Below, piece by piece: positions 45,777 to 55,062 of a stretch of 64,000 nucleotides of DNA (positions within the stretch are counted from its first letter, which is position 1; the number at the start of each line of letters is the position of its first letter). Below the pieces are notes generated by a model. That model had not been told where the DNA came from, did not search any database, and saw only the letters and a program-made list of their open reading frames with translations. The DNA comes from Vicinamibacterales bacterium (GTDB lineage Bacteria; Acidobacteriota; Vicinamibacteria; Vicinamibacterales; 2-12-FULL-66-21), in the NCBI GenBank assembly GCA_035537955.1, contig DATLLF010000097.1, positions 13,184-77,183 of the forward strand, written 5' to 3'. The position numbers were made by a program, and so were the translations under genes.

Positions 45777-45813
45777 AGCCATCGCGTGACCTGAAGTAAA
45801 CTCACGTCTGTCC

Positions 45814-48366
45814 ATGTTTCTTCGGCTTCGGCGGTTCTTCGACGTCCGGGCGGGCGAAGGGCTGCCGGTGCTCCTTTCCTTCCTGTACGTCGCGTGCGTC
45901 GTCGCGGCCTTCCTGCTCGCAAAACCCATAAGGAACGGGTTGTTCCTGCGCGAATATGGCGCGTCCAAGCTGGTTTACGCCTACGTGGCCGTGCCGCTGG
46001 CGCTCTGGGCGTTCGTGCGCGTTTATACGGCGGTTGCCGCCCGCGTCGGGATGCGGCTTGCCGCCATCGGTACGCTGACGTTCTTCAGCCTGAACGCGGT
46101 GGGGTTCTGGGCGGCGTTTCGCTGGGCGCCGTTCGACCTGCTTCCCGGCCTCTTCTATATCTGGGTGAACTGCTTCGGGGTGATCGCCCCGGTGCAGGCG
46201 TGGAGCTTCGCCAACCGGCTGTTCGACGTGCGTCAGGCCCGGCGTCTTTTCGGACTGATCGGCGCCGGGGCGTCGTTCGGCGCACTCATGGGCGGGCTGG
46301 GAGCCCGTTACCTCGTGCAGCCCGTGGGTGGCGCCGTCAACCTGCTGCTGGTGCTCGCCGCGCTGATCGCGTCCGCAGCCGTCATCGTCGGAGTCATTTC
46401 GCGCCGACTGCGCAGGACGTCGCCAGTGCCGAAGAGGCGGCAGGAGGCGCTGCCCTTCAACGAGGCGCTCGCCGCGATCGGATCCAATCGTTACCTCCGG
46501 CTCATGACCGCGCTCGTCCTGCTGGTGGCGATCGCGACCCAGTGGACCAACTTCCAGATGAGCATCGTCGCTGACGAACGCTTTGCCGGTGACGCGGACT
46601 CGATCACCCGGTTCTACGGGACGTTCAACTTTCTGACGGGACTGGCCGCATTCGTTCTGCAGCTGTTTCTCACGTCGACGTTGTTGACGCGGTTTGGTGT
46701 TACGGCGGTCGTCATGATTCTGCCCCTCGGCCTGGCGCTCGGAAGCGGGCTGACGTTCCTGTTTCCGGTTTTCACAGCCGTTTTGTTCACGAGCTCTATC
46801 GACTACGGGCTGCGCTTCTCGGTCGACAAGGCGGCGTACGAACTTCTCTACCTGCCGATTCCGCCGCACGAACGGCAGCCGATCAAGAACGCGCTCGACA
46901 TTCTGGGCAGCCGGATCGGTGATGCCGTCGGCGGCGTGCTGCTCGGCCTGGCGACCGGCGGGTTCATCATGCTGCCGGGCGCGGGCCTTGGCATCCGCGG
47001 CACCGCTGCCATCATCTTCGTAATGACGCTCGCCTGGACCGTCGTCGCGTGGCGCCTGCGGCGAGCGTACGTGGTGGCCATTGAGGAGAACATCCACCAG
47101 CACAGGCTCGATACCGAACGTATTTCGGCGGCTCGCCTCGATGCGTCGGTCCGCGACGCCCTGACCGCTCATCTCCGATCCGACGATGCAAACATGGTGG
47201 CCGAAGCGCTCGAGAACATCTCGTTGCTGAAGATGCCTGTACCCAGCAGCGACCTGCACCGGCTGCTCTCGCACACCGACATCCGGGTGCGCGCGCGCGC
47301 GCTTGCGGTTCTCGGCACTTCAGGCGATCGAACCGCCGCGCCGGTTGCCGAGCGACTGCTGCGGGATGCGGACCTGAACGTGAGGACTCAGGCGCTCTTG
47401 TACCTCTCGCGTGCTGGCGGCTTCGATCCTCTGGAACGGATCGCGGAGCTAGGCGACTTCGCGGATTTCTCCATCCGCGCGGCGATGGTCGCCTTTCTGG
47501 CGTCACCGGGACCGGCGCGCAACGAAGAGGCCGCGCGCATTCTGCTCGAGCAGATGGCGGCGTCGGAAGAGCCGCGCGATCGCGCCGAAGCCGCGCGAGT
47601 GCTGGCGATCGTTCCCCATCCGGCGACCGACGTGCTGACGACTCTGATTCTCGACGAGGATCAGGACGTCGCCGAGCAGGCGATGCGGACGGCGCATTCG
47701 GTGGGATCCGGCGATGTGGTCGCCGCGCTGGGAGCGGCCCTTGTGTCGCGGCTCTTCGAGGCTGGCGCGCCGCTGCGGCGGCGCCTGATCAGGACGCTCA
47801 ACAAGATCAAGCAGAATCACCCGAACATGGAGCTCGATGCGACATTGATCGAGCTGCTTCTCGCCGCGGAGATCTCCGGTCATTACCGCTCGTATCAAGT
47901 GCTGGCGCCGCTCGATGCGTCGCAGCCCCGCCAGCAGAAGATCATCGCCGCTGTGCGGCATTCGATGGAGCAGGAACTGGAGCGGATCTTCCGGCTGACG
48001 GCGCTGCTGTCGCCGTCGGCCTCGCTGCACGATGCGTACGTCGGGCTGCGATCGTCGAACTCGCTGGTTCGTGCCAATTCGATCGAGTACCTGGAGAACG
48101 TACTGAAACCTGGATTGCGCGAGGTCCTGCTGCCGCTGATCGACAGTCAGGTCACCGAAGCCGACCGCGCCGCGCTCGCGGAAAAGGTCGTGGGTCCGCC
48201 GCTCGAAAGCTCCGAGCAGGCGATCGGTGTTCTGCTCACAAGCGATGATCCGTGGCTGCGCTCGCGCGCGGAGATCGCCGCGAACCGCGCCGCCGAGGCG
48301 AGTGCGGTGCCGGAGGAGTACACACCCGAGCCGGCGAACATGGACGCGGGCATCGGCGCCGGCTAG
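45814..48366 (+). CDS. TLC/Npt-type transporter homologue fused to HEAT repeats (paralogue of 42036-45764, no CNB domains)
   Basis: TM domain has IWVNCFGVIAPVQAWSFANRLFDVRQARRLFGLIG and RFSVDKAAYELLYLPIP. HEAT-like units include HTDIRVRARALAVLG and DADLNVRTQALLYL. Confidence 0.8.
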   Translation: MFLRLRRFFDVRAGEGLPVLLSFLYVACVVAAFLLAKPIRNGLFLREYGASKLVYAYVAVPLALWAFVRVYTAVAARVGMRLAAIGTLTFFSLNAVGFWAAFRWAPFDLLPGLFYIWVNCFGVIAPVQAWSFANRLFDVRQARRLFGLIGAGASFGALMGGLGARYLVQPVGGAVNLLLVLAALIASAAVIVGVISRRLRRTSPVPKRRQEALPFNEALAAIGSNRYLRLMTALVLLVAIATQWTNFQMSIVADERFAGDADSITRFYGTFNFLTGLAAFVLQLFLTSTLLTRFGVTAVVMILPLGLALGSGLTFLFPVFTAVLFTSSIDYGLRFSVDKAAYELLYLPIPPHERQPIKNALDILGSRIGDAVGGVLLGLATGGFIMLPGAGLGIRGTAAIIFVMTLAWTVVAWRLRRAYVVAIEENIHQHRLDTERISAARLDASVRDALTAHLRSDDANMVAEALENISLLKMPVPSSDLHRLLSHTDIRVRARALAVLGTSGDRTAAPVAERLLRDADLNVRTQALLYLSRAGGFDPLERIAELGDFADFSIRAAMVAFLASPGPARNEEAARILLEQMAASEEPRDRAEAARVLAIVPHPATDVLTTLILDEDQDVAEQAMRTAHSVGSGDVVAALGAALVSRLFEAGAPLRRRLIRTLNKIKQNHPNMELDATLIELLLAAEISGHYRSYQVLAPLDASQPRQQKIIAAVRHSMEQELERIFRLTALLSPSASLHDAYVGLRSSNSLVRANSIEYLENVLKPGLREVLLPLIDSQVTEADRAALAEKVVGPPLESSEQAIGVLLTSDDPWLRSRAEIAANRAAEASAVPEEYTPEPANMDAGIGAG

Positions 48367-49136
48367 GCCGGCGGCATCGGAGGTAGCGAGCGCTTGTGTT
48401 CGCTTGCGCGGGCGAGCCGCGTGATCGTGTCTGCGATCGGCGCAGCCACGGCTCCGGATCCCCCGTTCAGATACCGCTCGAGATCCGCGTAGGTGAAGCC
48501 CATCTCTCCTTCGTCGGTCTGTCCGGCCCAGAGGCCGGCGGACGGCGGTTTCTCGATAATCGGCTCGGGAACGCCGAGCTCGCGTGCGAGTGCGCGGACC
48601 TCGCTCTTCACCAGCCGTCCGATCGGCAGCATGTCCACGCCGCCGTCGCCATACTTGGTGAAGTAGCCGATGGAGAGCTCACTGCGATTGCCGGTGCCGG
48701 CCACGAGGTAGTTCAACGTGTTGGCGACGAAGTAGAGGGTCGCCATGCGCAGGCGCGGCTTGACGTTCGCCAACGGCAGCCGCGCGCGCGGATCCACTTC
48801 GTCGGCCGGCGCCACCGGGAATTCGCCGCGCGGCAGCGCCGCAATGGCCGTTAGAAGATCGCCCGTCAACCCGTCGTACGCGCCTGCCAGGTCGATGTGC
48901 AGCGCGTGTACGCCGAAGTGTTCCGCCGCCATTCTTGCGTGCGCCTCGTCGGTCGGATCGCTGTGGCAGGGCATCATCACGCCGACCACCGCTCCCGGCA
49001 GCGCGTGCGCGGCGAGGCCGAGAACGACCGCGGAATCGATCCCGCCGCTCGAGCCGACAACGATTCCGCGCGCTCCTGCATCGGAGACCCTGGCCTTCAT
49101 CCACGCACTGAGGCGTGTACGTGCGTCACTGCTCAT
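48363..49136 (-). CDS. nadE: ammonia-dependent NAD+ synthetase
   Basis: 257 aa with the SGGIDS PP-loop. 4-nt overlap with the upstream response-regulator gene. Confidence 0.9.
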   Translation of the reverse strand: MSSDARTRLSAWMKARVSDAGARGIVVGSSGGIDSAVVLGLAAHALPGAVVGVMMPCHSDPTDEAHARMAAEHFGVHALHIDLAGAYDGLTGDLLTAIAALPRGEFPVAPADEVDPRARLPLANVKPRLRMATLYFVANTLNYLVAGTGNRSELSIGYFTKYGDGGVDMLPIGRLVKSEVRALARELGVPEPIIEKPPSAGLWAGQTDEGEMGFTYADLERYLNGGSGAVAAPIADTITRLARASEHKRSLPPMPPA

Positions 49137-50182
49137 GACTGGATCTCAGGCTCGATGATCGTCAGAAAGGCGTCGACCAGCGCGGGATCGAAGTGACGCG
49201 CCCGCTGCCGTTCGATTTCGGCGATCGCTTCCGTGACTGGCCATGCCTCCTTGTACGGACGTTGCTGGGTGAGGGCGTCGAAGACGTCGGCGACCGCCAC
49301 GATCCTGCCCGGGAGCGGAATCGATTCGCGCCGGATCCCCGCATACCCGTTCCCGTCCCAGCGTTCATGGTGGCTGAAGGCGATTTCTTCGGCGAGCCGC
49401 AGGATCGGAAAACGGCTCCCCGACAGAATGCGCGCGCCGATGGTCGTGTGCGTCTTGACGACTTCGAACTCGGCTACGGTGAGCTTCCCGAGCTTGAGCA
49501 GGATCGAGTCCGGCACTCCGATCTTGCCGACGTCGTGCAACGGTGCCGCTCGACGGATCAGCGACACCTGCGCGTCGGGCAAGCCGATCTGCCGCGCGAT
49601 GAGCGCTGCCATCTGCGCGACGCGCTCGGTGTGCTGGCCGGTATTGTCGTCGCGGAACTCGGCCGCCTTTGCCAGCCGCTCGATGATCTCGATCTGCGCC
49701 GCCTCGAGCTCGCGCGTGCGCTCGCGCACCTTCGCATCGAGCATCTGGTTCTGGCTCTGGATCTGCAGATAGAGGAAGCGCGTATCGAGCAGGGTGTTGA
49801 TGCGCAGCAGCACTTCGTCAGGGCTGAACGGCTTGTGCAGAAAGTCCTTGGCGCCGCGCGACAGCGCATCCCGCCGTGCCTCGGGCGACACGTCCCCGGT
49901 CAGGATCAATATCGGCAGGTATGTGGCCTCGGCGATCTGATTGAGCTCCTGCATCACCGCCAGGCCGTCCATGTTCGGCATGTGGAGATCGAGCAGGATC
50001 AGGTCAGGGCGGAACTCCACGTACAGTGTGCGCGCGTCTCGCGGATCGCAGGTCGTTGCGATACGCGTGAACCCGGCGCGCTCGAGCAGCCTGCGCAGGA
50101 CCTGAACGTTCGTGATCTCGTCATCAACGATCAGGATGCGTGCTCGGCTGTGGAATCGCTGCGACATGGGCCTCCAGGGCAT
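49133..50182 (-). CDS. response regulator with HD-GYP-type phosphodiesterase output domain
   Basis: REC domain (ILIVDDE...[13 protein letters not shown]...KPF) followed by HDVGK and [12 protein letters not shown], a GYA variant of GYP. Confidence 0.9.
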   Translation of the reverse strand: MPWRPMSQRFHSRARILIVDDEITNVQVLRRLLERAGFTRIATTCDPRDARTLYVEFRPDLILLDLHMPNMDGLAVMQELNQIAEATYLPILILTGDVSPEARRDALSRGAKDFLHKPFSPDEVLLRINTLLDTRFLYLQIQSQNQMLDAKVRERTRELEAAQIEIIERLAKAAEFRDDNTGQHTERVAQMAALIARQIGLPDAQVSLIRRAAPLHDVGKIGVPDSILLKLGKLTVAEFEVVKTHTTIGARILSGSRFPILRLAEEIAFSHHERWDGNGYAGIRRESIPLPGRIVAVADVFDALTQQRPYKEAWPVTEAIAEIERQRARHFDPALVDAFLTIIEPEIQS

Positions 50183-50191
50183 CGTCGAACG

Positions 50192-51214
50192 TCAGGGACC
50201 GATCGGGTTCGCGTTGGCTATGCTCTCCGCCGCGGGCGAGTCGGGCCACTCGATGGCCGGCGCCGCCGTGTAGTCCGCATGCGCCAGCGCTGACTGGAGC
50301 AGCGACGTCTGCGATGCATAGAACACCAGCTTCAGATAGTGGCGTCCGACGATGTAGGCCTGCCCGAGGAGCAGCACGATCCACATCGTCACGCCGGCAC
50401 CGGGAGCGCCGGGGGAGAGCAGCCCGTAGGCCGCGGCCAGCACGGCGAAGGCGGCTCCGTTCAGAAGGTAGAGTGCGATCACGCGCGCGAAGTGGCGGCG
50501 GAAAAATCCCCAGCTCGCCGCAATCGCTCCGATTGCGCTGCGGCGGTCTTCGACAACGATGCGAAATCGTGCGTAATCGAACACCACATTGAAGAAGATG
50601 AGCACCGCGCCAAAAATAACGTAACCAGCGAGCCGGATGAGCAGGGCTGTTCGTTCTACGGTGAGATCACCGGTCAGGCGGCCAAACAGATCATCGAACA
50701 ACCACGGATGCACCCAGCCGAAGAGAAACGAATACACCAGAAGGGCAACGATCCCGAGCCGCAGAAAGCGCCAGAAGTGAACGCCGGCGGCGGCAAAAAA
50801 ATGATGCGCTCGCGTGCGCCGGCTCCGCGCCAGTCGATCGATCACGCCGCCGCTGAGGAAGGACCAGATCAACAGCCAGCCAGTCGTGACGCCGGCAATG
50901 GTCGTCGCCATCTCTCTGTTGTCGAGTAGCGCATCCAGGTTTCTGAGCACCGCGCCGAAGCCGATGATCGAGGGAACGAACGTCGTGCCGAGACCCGCCG
51001 CCTGAAAGAGGAACTCCTGCCACCATTGATAGTCCGCGCGAGACGCGACCTGTTCGGCGACCAGGCTCGAACCCAGATGCGCTTCGAGCATGGCGCGCAG
51101 CGCGAGTGCCAGCGGCAACGCAAGGAGCAGCGTCAGGATGCACATGCCGGCGAGGAGCACCGGAGCTCCGTTGGTTCGGCGCATGCCCTCGCGGAAGGCC
51201 GTGGTGGCAGTCAT
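50192..51214 (-). CDS. hypothetical polytopic membrane protein
   Basis: 340 aa with about 6-8 hydrophobic segments. One nt separates its ATG from the M1 peptidase stop. Confidence 0.6.
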   Translation of the reverse strand: MTATTAFREGMRRTNGAPVLLAGMCILTLLLALPLALALRAMLEAHLGSSLVAEQVASRADYQWWQEFLFQAAGLGTTFVPSIIGFGAVLRNLDALLDNREMATTIAGVTTGWLLIWSFLSGGVIDRLARSRRTRAHHFFAAAGVHFWRFLRLGIVALLVYSFLFGWVHPWLFDDLFGRLTGDLTVERTALLIRLAGYVIFGAVLIFFNVVFDYARFRIVVEDRRSAIGAIAASWGFFRRHFARVIALYLLNGAAFAVLAAAYGLLSPGAPGAGVTMWIVLLLGQAYIVGRHYLKLVFYASQTSLLQSALAHADYTAAPAIEWPDSPAAESIANANPIGP

Positions 51215-51215
51215 T

Positions 51216-53171
51216 TCAGACGAAGAAGCCGTAAGTGAGGAGGTGGTCCTGCAGCCAGATCAGCCAGGCGAGTGACCACTTGTTGGCGGCAGCGCGAGCC
51301 GCGGGCCGAGCCGAAACGGAGTTATTGGTGCGATTCACATCGAGCAGGAGCACGTGTTCGGGATCCACTTCGGCGGAAAGCGGCCGTGCGTGACCGGCCA
51401 GTTCGAATGCCGTCCAGCGGTCGCGGCCATCCCAGCGCCAGCGCCGCTCCTGTCCACCCTCGAGGCGAACGCGGACATCCACCGGAAAGACTCCCTCGCC
51501 GAGGCGGCGCACGACGACAGTGGAGGCGTCTTCGTCGGGCGTCTCCAGTTCGATCGCATAGTCGAACGTATTCGAGCTGCGATGGACCTGATCGAAGAAC
51601 CACGTCAGATCCTGTCCGCTCACTTCGTTCGCGATGCGGAAGAAGTCGTCAGGGCGCGGATGCTTGAACGCGAATCTCTCGTAGTACGTGGAGAGGATCC
51701 GCCGCAGTGTCTCCCATCCGAGCATGTGCTCGAGCGTGCCGAGCCACAACGCAGTCTTGTCGTAGGTGATGAAGCCCCCCGAACCCGGCCAGTACCGCCA
51801 GCTCGGAGTGGACTGCGCGTCGCTCTCTGCAAACTGCCTGTACGAAGGCATCCGGTTCCCGTCCACGTCGCGCGTGAGCGGGAGGTCCTTGAACACCAAG
51901 GGGAAGAAACCGCCGAAGTAGCGCCGGGAATAGTAGGCCGGATAGAACGCCTGCTCCAGGACGCGGGCGGTCGAGAACGTATTCAGGCCCTCATCGAGCC
52001 ACGCGTGCTCGAATTCATTGGACGCGACGATCCCGTACCAGAACTGGTGGCCGGCCTCGTGAACGGTAACGTCTTCGAGGTCGCGAGTGCCGGCGGGCTC
52101 CAGCCACCGGGTTCCCGCGGTGAACAGGGTCGGGTACTCCATGCCCTCGGCGCCGCTCTGCCAGGCAGGATCGACGATCGTGATCTGCCTGTATGGATAG
52201 GCGCCGAACCACTCGCCGTAATAACGGAGCGCTGCCCTGGTGGACGCGAAGAGACGGGCCTCCTGGCCGGCGTGTTCCGGTTGCAGCAGCAGGCGCATTT
52301 CGACGGCGGGCAGCGACGCATGCTCGAAGCGCGCGCGCCGCTCCATGTAGTCAGGGCTCGTCGTCCATGCGAAATCGTGCACGTCTTCCTGGATATAGCG
52401 ATGCGTCGTACGATCCGGCGCCGCCTCCGTTCGCGCCATCTCGCGCCCGGTGGCGCCGACCATCCATCCTTTCGGCACATCCAGCTGAACGTCATAGGTG
52501 CCGAAGTCGGCGAAGAACTCCGTCGACGCGTGAAACTGATGGCAGTTCCACCCGTCGTCCTGGAGCACACCTATCTTTGGAAACCACTGGGCGATGAAGA
52601 AGAAGTTGCCGATCGCGCCCGTGCGGGCAAACGGTCTTGGCACGTGACTTGTCCAGCGGATCCTGATGTCCACGGTCTCGCCGGGTTGAACGGGCGCCTC
52701 GAGCGGCGCCTCGACGACCGTCCGGTCACGCGCGTTACCATCATCGGGGGCCATGAATCGCAGACGTGATGAGAGGTTGCTCTCGTTGCCGGTCTGCGTG
52801 ACATGCATCTCCGCGATGTCGATCGACCCGGCGTCCTCCGGCTCGATCGCGCCATGCGACTCACCGGTGGCCAGCGCCTCTTCACGCATCCACGTGGAGT
52901 GCGTGTCACGCCACGCGTTGTAATAAAGGTGAAACTGCAGCGTCGTCGTCGCGCGGTTCGAGATGTTCCGCCACGAGATCACCTCCTCGCCAGTGATCGT
53001 CCGTGCAGAGGGATCGAGCCGGGCCAGGATGCGGTAGTTGGCATTCCGAGGTGAGCGCGGCTGGCCCGTGCCTGCCGCCATTGCCGTGTTTTCCGGTGCG
53101 GCAGGCTGCTGCGGCGCCGCGGGCGCGCTCAGCGCAAGGAGGGTGATAGCCATCGCGACCCGCGGCAACAC
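51216..53171 (-). CDS. secreted M1-family metallopeptidase
   Basis: HEAGHQFWY...x18...WLDEGLNTF (HExxH-x18-E). N-terminal signal-like AMAITLLALSAPAAP. GTG start at 53171, with an alternative ATG at 53153. Confidence 0.85.
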   Translation of the reverse strand: MLPRVAMAITLLALSAPAAPQQPAAPENTAMAAGTGQPRSPRNANYRILARLDPSARTITGEEVISWRNISNRATTTLQFHLYYNAWRDTHSTWMREEALATGESHGAIEPEDAGSIDIAEMHVTQTGNESNLSSRLRFMAPDDGNARDRTVVEAPLEAPVQPGETVDIRIRWTSHVPRPFARTGAIGNFFFIAQWFPKIGVLQDDGWNCHQFHASTEFFADFGTYDVQLDVPKGWMVGATGREMARTEAAPDRTTHRYIQEDVHDFAWTTSPDYMERRARFEHASLPAVEMRLLLQPEHAGQEARLFASTRAALRYYGEWFGAYPYRQITIVDPAWQSGAEGMEYPTLFTAGTRWLEPAGTRDLEDVTVHEAGHQFWYGIVASNEFEHAWLDEGLNTFSTARVLEQAFYPAYYSRRYFGGFFPLVFKDLPLTRDVDGNRMPSYRQFAESDAQSTPSWRYWPGSGGFITYDKTALWLGTLEHMLGWETLRRILSTYYERFAFKHPRPDDFFRIANEVSGQDLTWFFDQVHRSSNTFDYAIELETPDEDASTVVVRRLGEGVFPVDVRVRLEGGQERRWRWDGRDRWTAFELAGHARPLSAEVDPEHVLLLDVNRTNNSVSARPAARAAANKWSLAWLIWLQDHLLTYGFFV

Positions 53172-53177
53172 GGCGCA

Positions 53178-53183
53178 ATCCTA
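53178..53183 (-). promoter_or_regulatory. -10-like TAGGAT, 6 nt upstream of GTG 53171
   Basis: The minus strand reads TAGGAT TGCGCC GTG. Confidence 0.3.
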
Positions 53184-53202
53184 CCAGAAGGTGCGCGGGC
53201 GG

Positions 53203-53235
53203 CCCCGCCTCCCGCGGAGGCGGGGAGACTATAAT
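53203..53235 (+). promoter_or_regulatory. 10-bp GC hairpin immediately followed by TATAAT
   Basis: CCCCGCCTCC cgc GGAGGCGGGG spans 53203-53225 and TATAAT lies at 53230-53235. AGGAG (53258-53262) is 8 nt before ATG 53271. Confidence 0.35.
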
Positions 53236-53270
53236 CAGCGGTCGTTCTCATAACTGCAGGAGCTCATTGC

Positions 53271-54290
53271 ATGCCATCCAGAACAGGACCCATTCGAGTG
53301 ATTCATTTCGGTCTCGGGCCCATCGGCGCGGGTGTCGTTCGCCAGGTCGCGAACCGGAAAGGATTCAAGATCGTCGGCGCCGTGGACATCGATCCCGCGA
53401 AGACCGGCCGCGACCTCGGCGAGGTTGCCGGCGTGGGGCGCGCGCTCAAGGTCAAGATATCGGACGATGCGAAGAAAGCGATCAAGGCCGGGAAGCCCGA
53501 CGTCGCCGTGCTGTGCACGAATTCGTCGCTGAAGAAGGTGCTGCCGCAGATCGAGTCCATCGTGAAGCTCAAGGTGCCGATCGTGTCGACGACCGAGGAG
53601 CTGGCCTATCCGAGCAAGGCGAACATGAAGTACGCCCGCGCCATCCACCAGCTGGCGAAGAAGTACAAGGTGGCGATCCTCGGCACCGGCGTGAACCCGG
53701 GCTTCGTGATGGACGCGTTGCCGACCATGCTCACCGGTGTGTGCGAGCGCGTGGAAGCCGTCCGCGTCGACCGGATCCAGGACGCGCGCATCCGCCGCCT
53801 GCCGTTCCAGCAGAAGATCGGCGCCGGCCTCACGCGCGAACAGTTCCAGAAGAAGGTGGACGATGCGAGCGTTCGACATGTGGGGCTGACCGAATCGGTG
53901 TCGATGATCGCCGATGCCCTCGGATGGAAGCTCGATCGGATCACCGACGAGATCCAGCCGAAGATCGCGTCCGAAGCGGTGTCCAGTGAATTCCTCTCCG
54001 TCGAGCCCGGTCTGGTTTGCGGGATCATCCAGGACGGCGTCGGCTATCGCGAGGGCCAGGCGGTGATCACGCTGCACATGGAAGCGTATCTAGGGGCACC
54101 GGAGTCGTTCGACGCGGTGGAGATCACCGGCTCCCCCGCATTGAAGATGAAGCTCGCCGGTGGCGTCCACGGTGACATCGCCACGGCATCAATCACAGTC
54201 AATTCGCTTCCGAAGATCCTAGACGTTGCGCCGGGGCTTCACACCATGCGCGACATGCCGTTGCCGTCGTTCTTTGGCGGCACAAGGTAG
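53271..54290 (+). CDS. NAD(P)H-dependent amine dehydrogenase family protein (DapB-N-like; 2,4-diaminopentanoate dehydrogenase-like)
   Basis: N-terminal Rossmann IRVIHFGLGPIGAGVVR. 339 aa. The family call is from overall resemblance only. Confidence 0.7.
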   Translation: MPSRTGPIRVIHFGLGPIGAGVVRQVANRKGFKIVGAVDIDPAKTGRDLGEVAGVGRALKVKISDDAKKAIKAGKPDVAVLCTNSSLKKVLPQIESIVKLKVPIVSTTEELAYPSKANMKYARAIHQLAKKYKVAILGTGVNPGFVMDALPTMLTGVCERVEAVRVDRIQDARIRRLPFQQKIGAGLTREQFQKKVDDASVRHVGLTESVSMIADALGWKLDRITDEIQPKIASEAVSSEFLSVEPGLVCGIIQDGVGYREGQAVITLHMEAYLGAPESFDAVEITGSPALKMKLAGGVHGDIATASITVNSLPKILDVAPGLHTMRDMPLPSFFGGTR

Positions 54291-54293
54291 CCG

Positions 54294-54833
54294 ATGGATC
54301 GCGACCAGGCCGCTCATCTCTCGCGTGTGCGTCACTTGCGCGAATCGTTCGCCTCCGAGAACGAGCATCTGGTCGGATTGTTGCGGAGCAGCGATGACGC
54401 GCTTGCCACTCACACTGCGCCCGGGCGCTGGTCCGCGGCGCAGGTGGCGTGGCACGTCGCGGCGGTGAACACCAGGTTTGCGGCGTTGATTGCGGGGGAC
54501 GCGCCGGCGGCCAGGCCTCTGCCTGCGGAGTTCGTCGAGCGTCCGTGGGCGGAGATCGTCGCCGGTATTCCAGACAAGCTGGAGGCCGCAACCGCGGCCG
54601 TGCCGCCGGCGAAGGTGTCACGGCACGATGCGATTGCCGCGCTCGAAGCCTCCGCGGTCCGCATCGCGCGCGCGTTCGACACGTTGACGCCCGAGCGCGC
54701 CGCCCACGTGGGCGTCACCAGTCCGGTCGTCGGAACCATCAATCTCTATCAGCTTGGCGAGTGGGCCGCGTCTCACGTGGAGCGTCACGTGAAGCAGGCG
54801 CGGCAGGCGATCCACGGCGAGGTCGCTGATTAG
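54294..54833 (+). CDS. DinB-family protein
   Basis: 179 aa. His-containing helices WSAAQVAWHV and AASHVERHVKQ are typical of DinB_2 four-helix bundles. Confidence 0.7.
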   Translation: MDRDQAAHLSRVRHLRESFASENEHLVGLLRSSDDALATHTAPGRWSAAQVAWHVAAVNTRFAALIAGDAPAARPLPAEFVERPWAEIVAGIPDKLEAATAAVPPAKVSRHDAIAALEASAVRIARAFDTLTPERAAHVGVTSPVVGTINLYQLGEWAASHVERHVKQARQAIHGEVAD

Positions 54834-55062
54834 AAGCACGTTTACGGCCGACCGCGCCAGCGCCGCAACTCGTTGAGGCGAGCCTAGTATTAAAAGACAG
54901 CGGAAACGTCGTCCTCACGGCTGTCGGTCCTTTCTCCATTGCCGTATCGCCCACCTGTGATGCTGTACTCCTGACCGGCGGAGTCGAATACAAGTACGTG
55001 TGGACCGGTGATCGCCGCGGTAGACGCACATGGTCCGTGATCTGATAACCCTCCCAAGTCGT

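Noticed and set aside
45785-45806. CGTGA-n12-TCACG inverted repeat in the TLC gene-pair spacer, considered as a CRP/FNR-type site
   Set aside because: The arms are only 5 bp, and the 12-nt spacing does not fit TGTGA-n6-TCACA or TTGAT-n4-ATCAA. It could easily arise by chance.
43047-47274. Long antisense ORFs (43047-44930 plus strand, 45802-47274 minus strand) inside the two TLC-HEAT genes
   Set aside because: The Arg/His-rich translations have no motifs. The opposite-strand products have coherent TM, HEAT and CNB architecture.
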